A stretch of 64,000 nucleotides of DNA, from the NCBI GenBank assembly GCA_019695155.1, contig JAIBAO010000035.1:1-64000 (forward strand), given 5' to 3'. The position numbers were made by a program, and so were the translations under genes. Source of the DNA: Burkholderiaceae bacterium. Lineage in GTDB: Bacteria > Pseudomonadota > Gammaproteobacteria > Burkholderiales > Burkholderiaceae_C. Shown piece by piece: positions 30,517 through 40,807 of the stretch. The notes below the pieces were generated by a model. It was not told the origin of the DNA. It saw only the letters and a program-made list of their open reading frames with translations, and made no database searches. Position 1 is the stretch's first letter, and every line of letters begins with the position of its first letter.

Positions 30517-31650
30517 TTAAAGACTAGTTTTAAAACTGGTGTAAAGCCGGGTTCTGAGACGACGGATGTCATTACTCACTGCGTCAGGAGCAGCCATTTT
30601 CTTTTTATCTTCGTCAGATAAAAAGACACTCTTGTTGGAAGAAATTTCCGGCTTCACAAACTTAGTGGCAGCTGCATTAGGATTAGCGTAAAACACTTTA
30701 TTGCTTAAACCCGCATGCACTTCCGGCCGCATAATATAGTCAATCCATTTATAAGCGTTTTCAACGTTTACAGCGTCAGCAGGAATTGCCATGGTGTCAA
30801 AAAACAATACACCACCTGATTTAGGAACCAGCGCTTCAATCTTGTTGCCGTTTTTGGCCTCAATCGCACGTTGTCTAGCAATATTGATATCTCCTGACCA
30901 GCCCATGGCTAAACAGATAGACCCTCCAGCCATGTCATTGATATACCCCGAGGAAGAAAATAAGGTAACGTAGGGACGGATGCTGGAAAGCAGTTTGGCT
31001 GCATCTTGATAGTCAGAGGCTACTTTACTGAAAGGGGGCTTGCCTAAGTAACGGAGCGCTGCGGGAAACCATTCATCAGCAGAATCTAGTCCAGATACTC
31101 CACAGCTTTTAAGTTTGCTAACATACTCTGGCTTAAAAAGTAAATCCCATGCATTTTCAGGCATCGGCAGGTTACCCAGAGCCGCTTTTACTTTGTCTAC
31201 ATTAATGCCCACTGTTGTGTAACCCCACAACCAAGGCACGAGAAATTCATTACCTGCATCTAGATTCGCTAACTGAGCCATGATGCCCGCATCCAAATTT
31301 TTATAGTTTGGAAGTTTGGACTTATCTAGTTTTCTCAGTAAACCGCCATCAATCTGGATTTTTGCCCAGTGAGAAGATGGAACCACAATGTCATAACCGG
31401 TTTTACCTGCCACTAGCTTGGCATGCAAGATTTCGTTGGAATCAAAAGTGTCATAGCGCACCTTAATTCCAGTTTCTTTCTCAAAATTCTTAATAGTGTC
31501 TTCGGCAATGTAATCAGACCAGTTATAGATATTCAGTACCTTGCTTTGAGCCTGTGCTACTCCGGAAGCGACACTTGCGATCGTAGCTATCAGCAAACCT
31601 GTACCCAGTGAAGCAAATATTTTTTTTACCCCAACATATAACTGACCCAT
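30517..31650 (-). CDS. potF: Putrescine-binding periplasmic protein PotF
   Basis: A 377-aa protein with a signal peptide and the PotD/PotF solute-binding fold. Confidence 0.85.
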   Translation of the reverse strand: MGQLYVGVKKIFASLGTGLLIATIASVASGVAQAQSKVLNIYNWSDYIAEDTIKNFEKETGIKVRYDTFDSNEILHAKLVAGKTGYDIVVPSSHWAKIQIDGGLLRKLDKSKLPNYKNLDAGIMAQLANLDAGNEFLVPWLWGYTTVGINVDKVKAALGNLPMPENAWDLLFKPEYVSKLKSCGVSGLDSADEWFPAALRYLGKPPFSKVASDYQDAAKLLSSIRPYVTLFSSSGYINDMAGGSICLAMGWSGDINIARQRAIEAKNGNKIEALVPKSGGVLFFDTMAIPADAVNVENAYKWIDYIMRPEVHAGLSNKVFYANPNAAATKFVKPEISSNKSVFLSDEDKKKMAAPDAVSNDIRRLRTRLYTSFKTSL

Positions 31651-31891
31651 AGTGTGATTTCCTTATTCAAAAACGATAAACAAATCCAAAAAAATTTCAG
31701 GTTAATGTAGCACTGATTTCTGCTGATTCTTGCCTAGTCTTGCGAATTAAAAATCATTTAAACCCCCATCAGTTTTTTTAGCATACCCGAGTAAGCGGTA
31801 AAACGTTTAGGAATAGTCTATAAATTTGCATAAATCTATGAAACTGTAGCAATCGTTTTCCCTAATAGCGGTGAGTTTTACGCTCTTGGGT

Positions 31892-33289
31892 TTAAGTGAG
31901 CCAACCACGATTGTTCAACTCTGTCCAGGTTAGGTCAAGACATTTGCGAATTAAAGCAGCCAGCTCGTCAATTTGCTTAAGGGTCGTTACCAAGGGAGGC
32001 GCAATAATCATGCGGTCTCCCACCGCTCTCATAATGAGCCCGTTACTAAAACAATGTCCTCGACATACCATTCCTACTTCTAGTTTTTCATCAAAAAGCT
32101 GAATAGGTGATTTGTTTTTGACCAGTATTAGGGCCCCCACCAAACCACAGGTTTCAGCATCTCCTACGAGGGGGTGCTCTTTCAAGGCTTCAAACACTTT
32201 GGCAAGATAAGGTCCCGTTTCGGTAGCCACCTTCTCGACGAGTTTTTCTTCGCGGATAATTTTGATATTGGCAATAGCTACCGCTGCAGCCACAGGATGT
32301 CCAGAATAGGTATAGCCATGTGTAAACTCCCCTCCCTTTTTAATCAACACATCTGCTACGCGATCTCCAATCATCACGCCCCCTAGAGGGACATAGCCAC
32401 TGCTCACACCTTTAGCAAAGGTCATTAAATCCGGGCGAAAACCAAATTTTTCGCAGCCCCACCAGGTCCCTAGCCGACCAAACCCACAAATAACCTCATC
32501 AGAAATCAGTAAAATGCCGTATTTATCACAAATACGTTGGATCTCTGGCCAATAAGTAGAAGGTGGGATAATAACTCCACCTGCGCCCTGCACTGGCTCG
32601 CCAATAAATGCGGCCACTTTTTCAGGACCCAGTTCAAGAATTTTTTTCTCCAGCCAAGACGCAGCTTCTATTCCATATTGTTCCTTGCTTAGATTGGGAT
32701 ATTGCGTGCGTCCATGCTCGAACCAGTAAGGCTGGTCTATATGCACTATTCCAGGAATGGGCAAGCCCCCTTGCTGATGCATTCCTTTCATCCCACCCAG
32801 GGATGCACCGGCCATGGTGCTGCCATGGTAACCATTCCAGCGGCTAATAATGACATTGCGTTCTGGCTGACCTTGCAAATCCCAATAACGGCGGACTAAT
32901 CTAACAATCGTATCGTTACCTTCTGAACCAGAGCCTGAAAAAAATACATGTTTAAACTGCGGGGGGGCAATTTCTGTTAGCAAGGCCGCTAAACGCACGC
33001 CAGGCTCTGTCGTAGTTTGAAAAAAACTATTGTAAAAAGGTAGCTGGAGCATTTGAGCATAGGCTGCATCAGCCAATTCTTTGCGACCATAGCCTACATT
33101 GACGCACCATAGCCCACTCATCGCATCGAATATCTTATTTCCCTCTGAATCCCAAATATAAACTCCTTGTCCCTTTACAATCACCCGCGCTCCTTTTTTT
33201 GCAAGCGCTGAGTGATCAGTAAAGGGATGCAAATAATGCGCAGCATCGAGTTTTTGAATTTCTGCAGTAGATGAATATTGTGAAGTCAT
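31892..33289 (-). CDS. Class III aminotransferase, an SpuC-like putrescine/omega-amino acid--pyruvate aminotransferase
   Basis: A 465-aa protein with the PLP-lysine region (...DEVICGFGRLG...TFAKG) and an omega-transaminase N-terminus. Confidence 0.8.
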   Translation of the reverse strand: MTSQYSSTAEIQKLDAAHYLHPFTDHSALAKKGARVIVKGQGVYIWDSEGNKIFDAMSGLWCVNVGYGRKELADAAYAQMLQLPFYNSFFQTTTEPGVRLAALLTEIAPPQFKHVFFSGSGSEGNDTIVRLVRRYWDLQGQPERNVIISRWNGYHGSTMAGASLGGMKGMHQQGGLPIPGIVHIDQPYWFEHGRTQYPNLSKEQYGIEAASWLEKKILELGPEKVAAFIGEPVQGAGGVIIPPSTYWPEIQRICDKYGILLISDEVICGFGRLGTWWGCEKFGFRPDLMTFAKGVSSGYVPLGGVMIGDRVADVLIKKGGEFTHGYTYSGHPVAAAVAIANIKIIREEKLVEKVATETGPYLAKVFEALKEHPLVGDAETCGLVGALILVKNKSPIQLFDEKLEVGMVCRGHCFSNGLIMRAVGDRMIIAPPLVTTLKQIDELAALIRKCLDLTWTELNNRGWLT

Positions 33290-33353
33290 GTGATTTATAG
33301 TGGGCTTTATTAATACAGTACTCTTTAGGGGGGCTAGGGCGAACAGGCCCTAG

Positions 33354-34724
33354 TCAAACATGCAGTAGTAAATGCTCCCGTTCCCAAGGGCTTATTACCC
33401 GCATAAACTCTTCATATTCCGCTTCTTTGACAAGTCGGTAGACCGTGCAAAATTCTTTTCCAAGCACCTGATGCAACTGTGGTGTAGAAGCCATCATTTT
33501 GATCGCTTCAGACAGGCTACGGGGCAACTGATAATCACTGTTGTAGGCGCTACTTGTAGACTCAGGAGCAGGCTCTAGTTTTTCTTCCATCCCCAAGTAA
33601 CCACAGGCTAGCGAGGCAGCCATGGCAACATAGGGGTTGGCATCTGCACCAATAACACGATTTTCCACCCGACGATTAGCGGGACTGGACTCAGGAACAC
33701 GAATCCCCACTGTACGGTTATCCTTTCCCCATTGAATATTAATCGGCGCCGCTGTATGTCTTACCAGGCGACGATAAGAATTCACATAGGGGGCCAGAAA
33801 AGCCATGCTGGCTGGCAAATATTTTTGTAAACCCCCAATGTAGTGGCGAAAAGCGTCCGATTCGCTACCGTCTTCCTTAGTAAACAGATTGCGGCCGGTA
33901 GAGACATCCACAATACTTTGATGAATATGCATTGCACTGCCAGGCTCATTAGCCATTGGTTTAGCCATAAAAGTGGCATACATTTTGTGACGCAGAGCAG
34001 CTTCACGTAATGTTCGTTTAAAAAAGAAAGTTTTATCTGCCAAATCCAGCGGGTCACCGTGCAAGAAGTTAATTTCCATCTGGCCAGCCCCAATTTCATG
34101 GATCAGGGTATCCACCTCCAAATCCATAACATTGCAATAATCGTAGATATCTTCAAATAAAGGATCAAACTCATTAACTGCATCAATACTGTAATGTTGC
34201 CGACTGGTTTCTGCCCGGCCACTACGACCAATAGGCGGTTTCAAGGGTAAATCCGGATCCACGTTTTGTGCTACAAGATAAAACTCCAACTCTGGAGCAA
34301 CTACCGGTTTTAAACCCTTTTTGGCATACAGCTCTAAGACATGACGCAGTACGGTACGTGGCGCATAAGGCACCAAAGTACCATCGTGTTTAAAACAATC
34401 ATGAATCACCTGAGCGGTGGGGTCTACTGCCCAGGGCACCAGACAAACAGTAGAGGCATCCGGACGCAGGATCATGTCATGATCTAACTCGGAAATTACG
34501 GCGTCATATTCTGGTGATTCCGGAGCATTTCCTGTCACCGTCATACCTAACACTACTTCGGGTAAACGCATTCCACGGTCTTCGGAAAATTTTTCGCGCG
34601 GTAAGATTTTTCCGCGAGCTACCCCGGTCAAATCTGGCACCAAGCACTCAATCTCTGTAACTCTGCGCTCGTTTAGCCAGCCTTCTAGCTCAGCAAAAGA
34701 AAAAGTTTCTCTGATACCCATCAT
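33354..34724 (-). CDS. puuA: Gamma-glutamylputrescine synthetase (a glutamine synthetase family protein)
   Basis: A 456-aa protein with the GS catalytic domain. It lies in the puu cluster. Confidence 0.8.
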   Translation of the reverse strand: MMGIRETFSFAELEGWLNERRVTEIECLVPDLTGVARGKILPREKFSEDRGMRLPEVVLGMTVTGNAPESPEYDAVISELDHDMILRPDASTVCLVPWAVDPTAQVIHDCFKHDGTLVPYAPRTVLRHVLELYAKKGLKPVVAPELEFYLVAQNVDPDLPLKPPIGRSGRAETSRQHYSIDAVNEFDPLFEDIYDYCNVMDLEVDTLIHEIGAGQMEINFLHGDPLDLADKTFFFKRTLREAALRHKMYATFMAKPMANEPGSAMHIHQSIVDVSTGRNLFTKEDGSESDAFRHYIGGLQKYLPASMAFLAPYVNSYRRLVRHTAAPINIQWGKDNRTVGIRVPESSPANRRVENRVIGADANPYVAMAASLACGYLGMEEKLEPAPESTSSAYNSDYQLPRSLSEAIKMMASTPQLHQVLGKEFCTVYRLVKEAEYEEFMRVISPWEREHLLLHV

Positions 34725-34949
34725 TCATACTCCTATTATTTTGTCGGCCACACCTGGAAGTTCGTGTGCGGTCCTCTGCAATGCGCCTGTTTTGCACACT
34801 GCTTTATATAAATATACGGTTTTCAGGTAATCAAGTACTTGTAAGTACTCGAAGTGTTTTGGTAAAAAACGCTACATATTACGATGTGAACCTTGGAAAA
34901 GCGATCTTTTCCTAGACTGCAATTTCAGAAATCCCTTTTAATTCTCCTC

Positions 34950-35741
34950 TCAAGCTGCTTGTGATAATTTAATATTTATGTCCTCGCGCTTTTGCATTTG
35001 TAAACGGCAGGCATCACCAAATGCAGTAAAAATTTTCATGGATACTGGGTTTTCCAAAGCCTTCCATTCAGGATGCCATTGAACAGCCAAAGCAAAACCG
35101 GGGTGAGTTTGCACACTAATAGCTTCAATTTGCCCATCTGGTGCATAAGCTTGAACTATCAAACCCTCTGCTAATCGATCAATTCCCTGATCATGTACCG
35201 AATTAACCGTAATTTCCCTCTGCTCTAGCAGATTCGCTAACTGACCATCAGGCACAACATGGACTTGATGTGCCGGACCATATACTTGTTGCGCATTAGT
35301 CTCCTTCACCCTACCACCGGGATAATGATCTAGGCGTCCCGGCACATGATGAATCGCTTGTAATAAAGACCCGCCCAAAGCAACGTTGATTTCTTGTAGT
35401 CCTCGACAGATTCCCAACAAAGGCAGTCCCAGCACAACTGCCCGGCGAATTAAAGGTAAAGTCGTAGCATCCCGGGCCTCATCTAAGGGTAGTTCAGGGT
35501 TATACACCTCTTGCCCGAATAAGGAAGGATGCACATTCGCAGGTGAGCCGGTTAAAAAAATACCGTCAGCCATCTCAATATAGGCTTCCCACTCTTCCCG
35601 GCCTGTGCAAGGAAGCAGCAGCGGCAAACATTGAGCTGCTTCACGAATAGCATCCGCATATTTATGGCCCAATACATGAAATGGATGCTCTCCTAGCATC
35701 CGATTATCACAAGGAATTAGAACAAGTGGTTTTTTCGACAT
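34950..35741 (-). CDS. puuD: Gamma-glutamyl-gamma-aminobutyrate hydrolase (C26 peptidase / class I GATase)
   Basis: A 263-aa protein with the catalytic Cys in LLGICRGLQ and the HHV/HPE motif. Confidence 0.8.
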   Translation of the reverse strand: MSKKPLVLIPCDNRMLGEHPFHVLGHKYADAIREAAQCLPLLLPCTGREEWEAYIEMADGIFLTGSPANVHPSLFGQEVYNPELPLDEARDATTLPLIRRAVVLGLPLLGICRGLQEINVALGGSLLQAIHHVPGRLDHYPGGRVKETNAQQVYGPAHQVHVVPDGQLANLLEQREITVNSVHDQGIDRLAEGLIVQAYAPDGQIEAISVQTHPGFALAVQWHPEWKALENPVSMKIFTAFGDACRLQMQKREDINIKLSQAA

Positions 35742-35779
35742 GATTAGAGATAGAGGGTTAAGGTAGTTTGCTCTTAATT

Positions 35780-35825
35780 TGGTACCATTTTAAAGAACCA
35801 CTTTAACTACTAGAATGGTGCCACT
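35780..35825. promoter_or_regulatory. Candidate MocR-regulator operator (direct and inverted repeats)
   Basis: Direct repeats ACCATTTTA / ACCACTTTA, plus the inverted pair GGTACCATT ... AATGGTGCC, lie immediately upstream of the regulator ATG and within the divergent puuD promoter. Confidence 0.4.
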
Positions 35826-37355
35826 ATGGCCGTTGCCCCTATCGCGGAACTGATTGCGCGTGATCTTGCAAACTTTGTTGAAGGAAAGAACAAAATACCC
35901 CTGCATCGACGGGTTTATAACAGCGTCCGTACTGCCATTTTGTCCCAACAGTTACGCGCCAAAGACCGCTTGCCTTCCACTCGCGATCTTGCTCATGATC
36001 TAGGATTATCACGTAATACTGTCATGGCAGCGTTCCAGCAATTGATTGCCGAGGGTTATGTGGACGCTAGCATTGGTAGCGGCACCTATGTTGCCCAAGC
36101 ACTGGCTTGCAACAACAAGCGATCCGGCCAACTACGTTTGACAAAAAAAATAACTTCCCCTAAAGAAAAAATTTCACCCGAAACTTTGCTCTCTTATCGG
36201 GGAAAGCTGCTTACTGCTCAAGCAGCTGAAGCTTTTTTTGAAGTGCAGCCTTTACAACCCGCACGCACAGATTTCTCTATATTTCCATTTAAAGTTTGGC
36301 AACGTCTGCAAAACAAATACTGGCGGGCGGCCGAATCTGCATTGCTGGATTATTCCTCAGCAGGAGGCTATGCGCCCCTGACTTTGGCAATTGCAGATTA
36401 CTTACGTGTCTCCCGTTCAGTGAATGTTTTACCCGAACAAGTCATGATTACTGCGGGAACACAACAATCTATCGATCTATGTGCTCGTTTATTAGCGGAT
36501 TCCGGCGATACAGTGTGGATTGAGAACCCCTGTTATTGGGCAGCCCGCAAAGTCTTCGATGCCAATGGCTTGAAATTAAAGGCTATTAGGGTGGATGCAG
36601 AAGGCTTGTCCCCTGAGGCTGGATCGATGACAAACCCACCAAAACTCGTCTATGTCACCCCTAGTCATCAATATCCTACAGGCGTAGTCATGAGTCTGGC
36701 GCGGCGCCGAAAACTGTTGGAAATTGCCGCACAAACCGATAGTTGGGTGTTAGAAGATGACTATGACGCTGAGTTTCGCTATGCCGGACGGCCTCTAGCT
36801 AGCTTACAAGGTTTAGATACCCACGAACGAACGATCTACATGGGTACTTTTAGCAAAGTTATGTATCCGGGGCTGCGTCTTGCCTATATGGTAGTGCCTG
36901 TAGCATTAATCGAACCGTTTCGCTGTGGTCTGTATGATCTGCAAAGGCCCGGGCAGTTAATGACGCAGGCTGCTTTGGCTGACTTTATCAGTGCGGGATA
37001 TTTTGCAAACCATTTACGCAAACAACGGCTCTTGTATGGAACCCGCAGAAAACTGCTAAGCAACGCATTAACAAGCGTGCTAGGGCCACTGTGCGTATTA
37101 TCACCTAACGAGACCGGTATTCACCTTGTTCTTTATTTACCAGATACGGTAGATGATGTTGCAATAGCACAGTATTGTGCCCAAGAGTCTTTAAGTGTGC
37201 GTGCACTCTCCAGCTACTACATTGCTCCTCCCATTAGAAAGGGCTTAGTCATCGGATACGCTTATATGTCTACCGACTCTGTTGCACTTGGGGGAAGACG
37301 GCTGGCACACTTACTCTTGAAGATTCTCCAAAACCAGCTAGAAACGGTCTCTTAG
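35826..37355 (+). CDS. MocR/GabR-type transcriptional regulator (GntR HTH fused to a PLP aminotransferase-like domain)
   Basis: A 509-aa protein with an N-terminal winged HTH (LPSTRDLAHDLGLSRNTV) and a fold-type I aminotransferase domain. It is divergent from puuD. Confidence 0.8.
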   Translation: MAVAPIAELIARDLANFVEGKNKIPLHRRVYNSVRTAILSQQLRAKDRLPSTRDLAHDLGLSRNTVMAAFQQLIAEGYVDASIGSGTYVAQALACNNKRSGQLRLTKKITSPKEKISPETLLSYRGKLLTAQAAEAFFEVQPLQPARTDFSIFPFKVWQRLQNKYWRAAESALLDYSSAGGYAPLTLAIADYLRVSRSVNVLPEQVMITAGTQQSIDLCARLLADSGDTVWIENPCYWAARKVFDANGLKLKAIRVDAEGLSPEAGSMTNPPKLVYVTPSHQYPTGVVMSLARRRKLLEIAAQTDSWVLEDDYDAEFRYAGRPLASLQGLDTHERTIYMGTFSKVMYPGLRLAYMVVPVALIEPFRCGLYDLQRPGQLMTQAALADFISAGYFANHLRKQRLLYGTRRKLLSNALTSVLGPLCVLSPNETGIHLVLYLPDTVDDVAIAQYCAQESLSVRALSSYYIAPPIRKGLVIGYAYMSTDSVALGGRRLAHLLLKILQNQLETVS

Positions 37356-37631
37356 GAGCAGATAGCCGGTTTGCACTACCCAGCCAATTCCGTAGAACAA
37401 GGCTGTGCATCCCACTACAGCAATTGCCGCATCAAAATTCTTGGCGAAGTTTAACTGTAGCCCAAGCCATTCTGCTGGGGCAGCGATGGGAAAAGTGATC
37501 ATAAAACTTCCTATATACCGGAGCGAAATCCAGCCACCAACGGCAGGCTGCCCTCGCTCGACCACAACCATCCAAACAGCGGCAGGCAGATAAAGCCCAG
37601 CAAGAATTAATCCGACAATTGAAATTCGCAT
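37338..37631 (-). CDS. Hypothetical small membrane protein
   Basis: A 97-aa protein with three predicted TM segments. It overlaps the regulator 3' end by 18 nt in a convergent orientation. Confidence 0.35.
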   Translation of the reverse strand: MRISIVGLILAGLYLPAAVWMVVVERGQPAVGGWISLRYIGSFMITFPIAAPAEWLGLQLNFAKNFDAAIAVVGCTALFYGIGWVVQTGYLLLRDRF

Positions 37632-37674
37632 AGTTCAAACCGCATCACTATCCAAACTGGCTAACTATTACCGC

Positions 37675-38964
37675 TTAAGCTAGCAGATCCCGTAAGCGAT
37701 ACCAGGCCATAGCAGCTACCAGCGCAGGTAAACGCAGGAGTTTGCCGCCTGGAAAATTATGATGCTTTAAGCGGGTAAATACATCAAACCGCTCTGCATC
37801 TCCCGCAATAGCTTGGGCCACGAGTTTTCCTGCCAGACCGGTAAGAGCTAAGCCATGGCCCGAGAAACCCTGCAGGTAATACACATTATTAGCCAGCCTG
37901 CCAAAATCAGGGGCACGGTTCATCGTGATATCTACAAATCCGCCCCAAGCATATTGCACCTGCAGATCAGATAACTGCGGAAACACTTTTAACATCCTTG
38001 CTTTCATGGTAGGAGCAAGATTCATAGGGGTAACGGTTGAATAACTCACTCTTCCTCCAAAAATCATGCGATCATCTGCCGATAGCCTGAAATAATCTAA
38101 TACAAAATTAGTATCACAAATAGCGCTGCGGCTTGGAATAAGAGCATTTGCTCGCGCTTTGCTCATGGGAGCAGAGCCAATAATATAGGTCCCCACTGGC
38201 ATAATTCTAGCGTCCAGGCCTGGGGCTAAGGTTGTGCCGTAGACATTGCCTGCCAACACAACTTGTTTGCACTGGACCGCCCCATGGTCCGTGTAAATTA
38301 AAGCATTTTCCCCCTGCGTGATACGCTGGGCAGCTGTCTCTTCAAAAATTTGTACACCTAGCGATTGAGCAGCCCTGGCAAGGCCTAAAGTGTATTTAAG
38401 AGGATGCAAATGCCCGCTTAAAGGATCATATGCCAAAGCGGTAAAGCGATTACTCTGAATCCATGAAGAAACTTCGGGTTTTGCAATAAACTGCTGCTCA
38501 TAACCGTAACGGATCCGCATCTGCTCGACCCACTGCTCCAGCGTTTTCGCCTTTTTGGGGCCAATGGCTGCATTCAGATAACCCGCTTGCCATTCGCAAT
38601 CAATGGCATGGGTTGCACAACGCTCGTGAATTAACGCAATAGCCTCAGCAGTCATCGCAAATACCTGCTTTGCTGCCTCATAGCCTAGTTGGGCTTCAAT
38701 CACCTCAATATCGCAAGCCAAACCCATGATGACTTGCCCTCCATTGCGGCCTGAGGCCCCAAATCCGATCTGCCTTGCCTCCAGCAAAGCTACATTAAAG
38801 CCACGCTGCTGCAATTCCAGGGCTGCACTGATACCCGCAAGACCTCCACCGATCACACAAACATCCACCTGTAAATCTCCCCTTAAAGGAGGATGACTTT
38901 CAGTACGCTGCACTGAAGCAGCGTAATAAGAATTTTGGGTAAGCTTTTCGTCAGCTTTAAGCAT
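37675..38964 (-). CDS. puuB: Gamma-glutamylputrescine oxidoreductase (FAD-dependent)
   Basis: A 429-aa protein with a DAO-family Rossmann motif (VCVIGGGLAGISAA). Confidence 0.8.
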   Translation of the reverse strand: MLKADEKLTQNSYYAASVQRTESHPPLRGDLQVDVCVIGGGLAGISAALELQQRGFNVALLEARQIGFGASGRNGGQVIMGLACDIEVIEAQLGYEAAKQVFAMTAEAIALIHERCATHAIDCEWQAGYLNAAIGPKKAKTLEQWVEQMRIRYGYEQQFIAKPEVSSWIQSNRFTALAYDPLSGHLHPLKYTLGLARAAQSLGVQIFEETAAQRITQGENALIYTDHGAVQCKQVVLAGNVYGTTLAPGLDARIMPVGTYIIGSAPMSKARANALIPSRSAICDTNFVLDYFRLSADDRMIFGGRVSYSTVTPMNLAPTMKARMLKVFPQLSDLQVQYAWGGFVDITMNRAPDFGRLANNVYYLQGFSGHGLALTGLAGKLVAQAIAGDAERFDVFTRLKHHNFPGGKLLRLPALVAAMAWYRLRDLLA

Positions 38965-38992
38965 GGGAAAACCTAGATTTAGACAGATGAGA

Positions 38993-39934
38993 TTAGGCTA
39001 AACTTTTGTGCCGCATCTGAGCACTCAAGTAGGTCCAGGCAAAAGTTGCTGCAGCGTTACTGGTCAATTCTGCGTGGTCGTAAGGAGGAGAAACTTCACA
39101 TACATCCATTCCCACCCAGTTCAAATCGCCTAACTCTTCAAGGAAAGTGAGGACCTGACTGGAGCTTAGCCCTCCCGGTTCAGGTGTACCCGTTCCCGGC
39201 GCAAAAGCGGGATCCAAACAGTCAATGTCTAATGTTAAATACACTGGCCTATCTTCTATCCGCTGCCGAATGCCAGAAATAACTTCTTCCAACTGCCAAG
39301 GACTAACAAGTCCCCGTAAAGCCCGGGCCGTGTAAATTACCCCACCCTGATCTTGCACATATTCGCGAACCGAGCGTTCTGCACTGGAGCGAAGTCCAAT
39401 TTGTACAGTCAGTTTAGGATCGACCAATCCTTCTTTAATGGCTTCATATGTCCAGGTTCCATGGCCTGAAGGTTCAGAAAAATGATCCTGCCAGGTATCG
39501 CAATGCGCATCAAAGTGGATGAGCGCTAAAGCTTGTTTATAGTGGGCGCGGTAAGCCCTTAAAAGTGGCAAAGTGATGGAATGATCTCCCCCTAGCCAAA
39601 GCATATGATGTTTTTCAATGAGTTCTCGGGCTTGCGGTATAAGGGCAGCACGCATAGACTCAAGCGAAGTATTAGGCAGCTGCAAATCTCCCACATCAGC
39701 CAAATAGGCTGTGGGTGAAACATCAAAATAAGGGTGTACTGCATCACACAACATATGACTGGCACGACGAATTTGATGTGGCCCAAAACGCGCCCCTGGT
39801 CGATTGGTGACAGAGCCATCCCACGCTACTCCCGCCACCACGAAAGGAGCGTTTGCCCGCAGCACAAGGCTAGGTGCATGACAGAAGCCCCCGAAACTGG
39901 TGTTGGTTAAATAAGCAAAGGACGCATGAGTCAT
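38993..39934 (-). CDS. Arginase-family ureohydrolase (agmatinase or guanidinobutyrase-like)
   Basis: A 313-aa protein with the Mn-binding motifs GGDHS, DAHCD and LDIDCLDP. Confidence 0.75.
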   Translation of the reverse strand: MTHASFAYLTNTSFGGFCHAPSLVLRANAPFVVAGVAWDGSVTNRPGARFGPHQIRRASHMLCDAVHPYFDVSPTAYLADVGDLQLPNTSLESMRAALIPQARELIEKHHMLWLGGDHSITLPLLRAYRAHYKQALALIHFDAHCDTWQDHFSEPSGHGTWTYEAIKEGLVDPKLTVQIGLRSSAERSVREYVQDQGGVIYTARALRGLVSPWQLEEVISGIRQRIEDRPVYLTLDIDCLDPAFAPGTGTPEPGGLSSSQVLTFLEELGDLNWVGMDVCEVSPPYDHAELTSNAAATFAWTYLSAQMRHKSLA

Positions 39935-40367
39935 GGGAAATAAACAGAATTAGATAAGATTTTTAAGTGTAGAAGACGCTAAGTCTATCTGTAGCGCCGT
40001 TTTATAAGGGCTCGAGAGAGCCAATCCCTTGATTTAAGCGATAATCTGAGCTTTAAAGAGAAGCTCCTGATTATCTCCCCTTGTTCAATAAGGAAAAATA
40101 TTATTTCATGACTGCTGGTTTTAAGATCTTTTATGCAGTTCCTTAAAAAACATTACGAGCGCAATAGGTATGGCGGAATAAAGCTCTTTCTCAGATCAAT
40201 ACAGCGGTTATGATAGCTATGAATTTTCCTTCCATAAACCCCTCTTCCTAAAGCGCACAAATTGATGAAAAGCTTGCAATTTCATGGTGACTGAATGTTG
40301 TCCTACCCCGCAATTGCACACTTTACTCAAGACAGGAAGACCTCTTTCATTCTTTAGGTTTTATTAA

Positions 40368-40715
40368 GTGGATGCGCATGATTCTGTAAGGCAAAAAGTC
40401 TGGGAAATATTCTCCACTACATTTGCTGAGAGGGCAGATCTGTTCAAAGGTGGAGTTGCAGCGCGTACAGCAAATGATATCCTTGGGACTGCTCTTTCCA
40501 ACAAATATTTAGATCCTCTCCTGGCTGACGAGATCGCTTTCCATATGGTCGATTGGGAAACCGATGCGGCATTTATCGTTGCATTTCTCCTGTTTCCAGA
40601 GCGTTTTACAGAAGAAGAGCTCCAAGCGGCTACTGAAATGTTTTTGATTCATGTTCCAACACATGTCATGGCAGCCGCAAGGCTAGCTGGATATAACATA
40701 AAAGACAGTCCCTAA
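40368..40715 (+). CDS. Hypothetical protein
   Basis: A 115-aa ORF after a 430-bp AT-rich spacer. No recognisable domain. Confidence 0.35.
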   Translation: MDAHDSVRQKVWEIFSTTFAERADLFKGGVAARTANDILGTALSNKYLDPLLADEIAFHMVDWETDAAFIVAFLLFPERFTEEELQAATEMFLIHVPTHVMAAARLAGYNIKDSP

Positions 40716-40807
40716 AAACTGATGAGAACTGAGCGTTTAGTGCAGCTGAGCTGCACTATCTGTGGTGCATGCGCATGACTCGCTCAACTCAAACTACAAC
40801 CGCTTTC

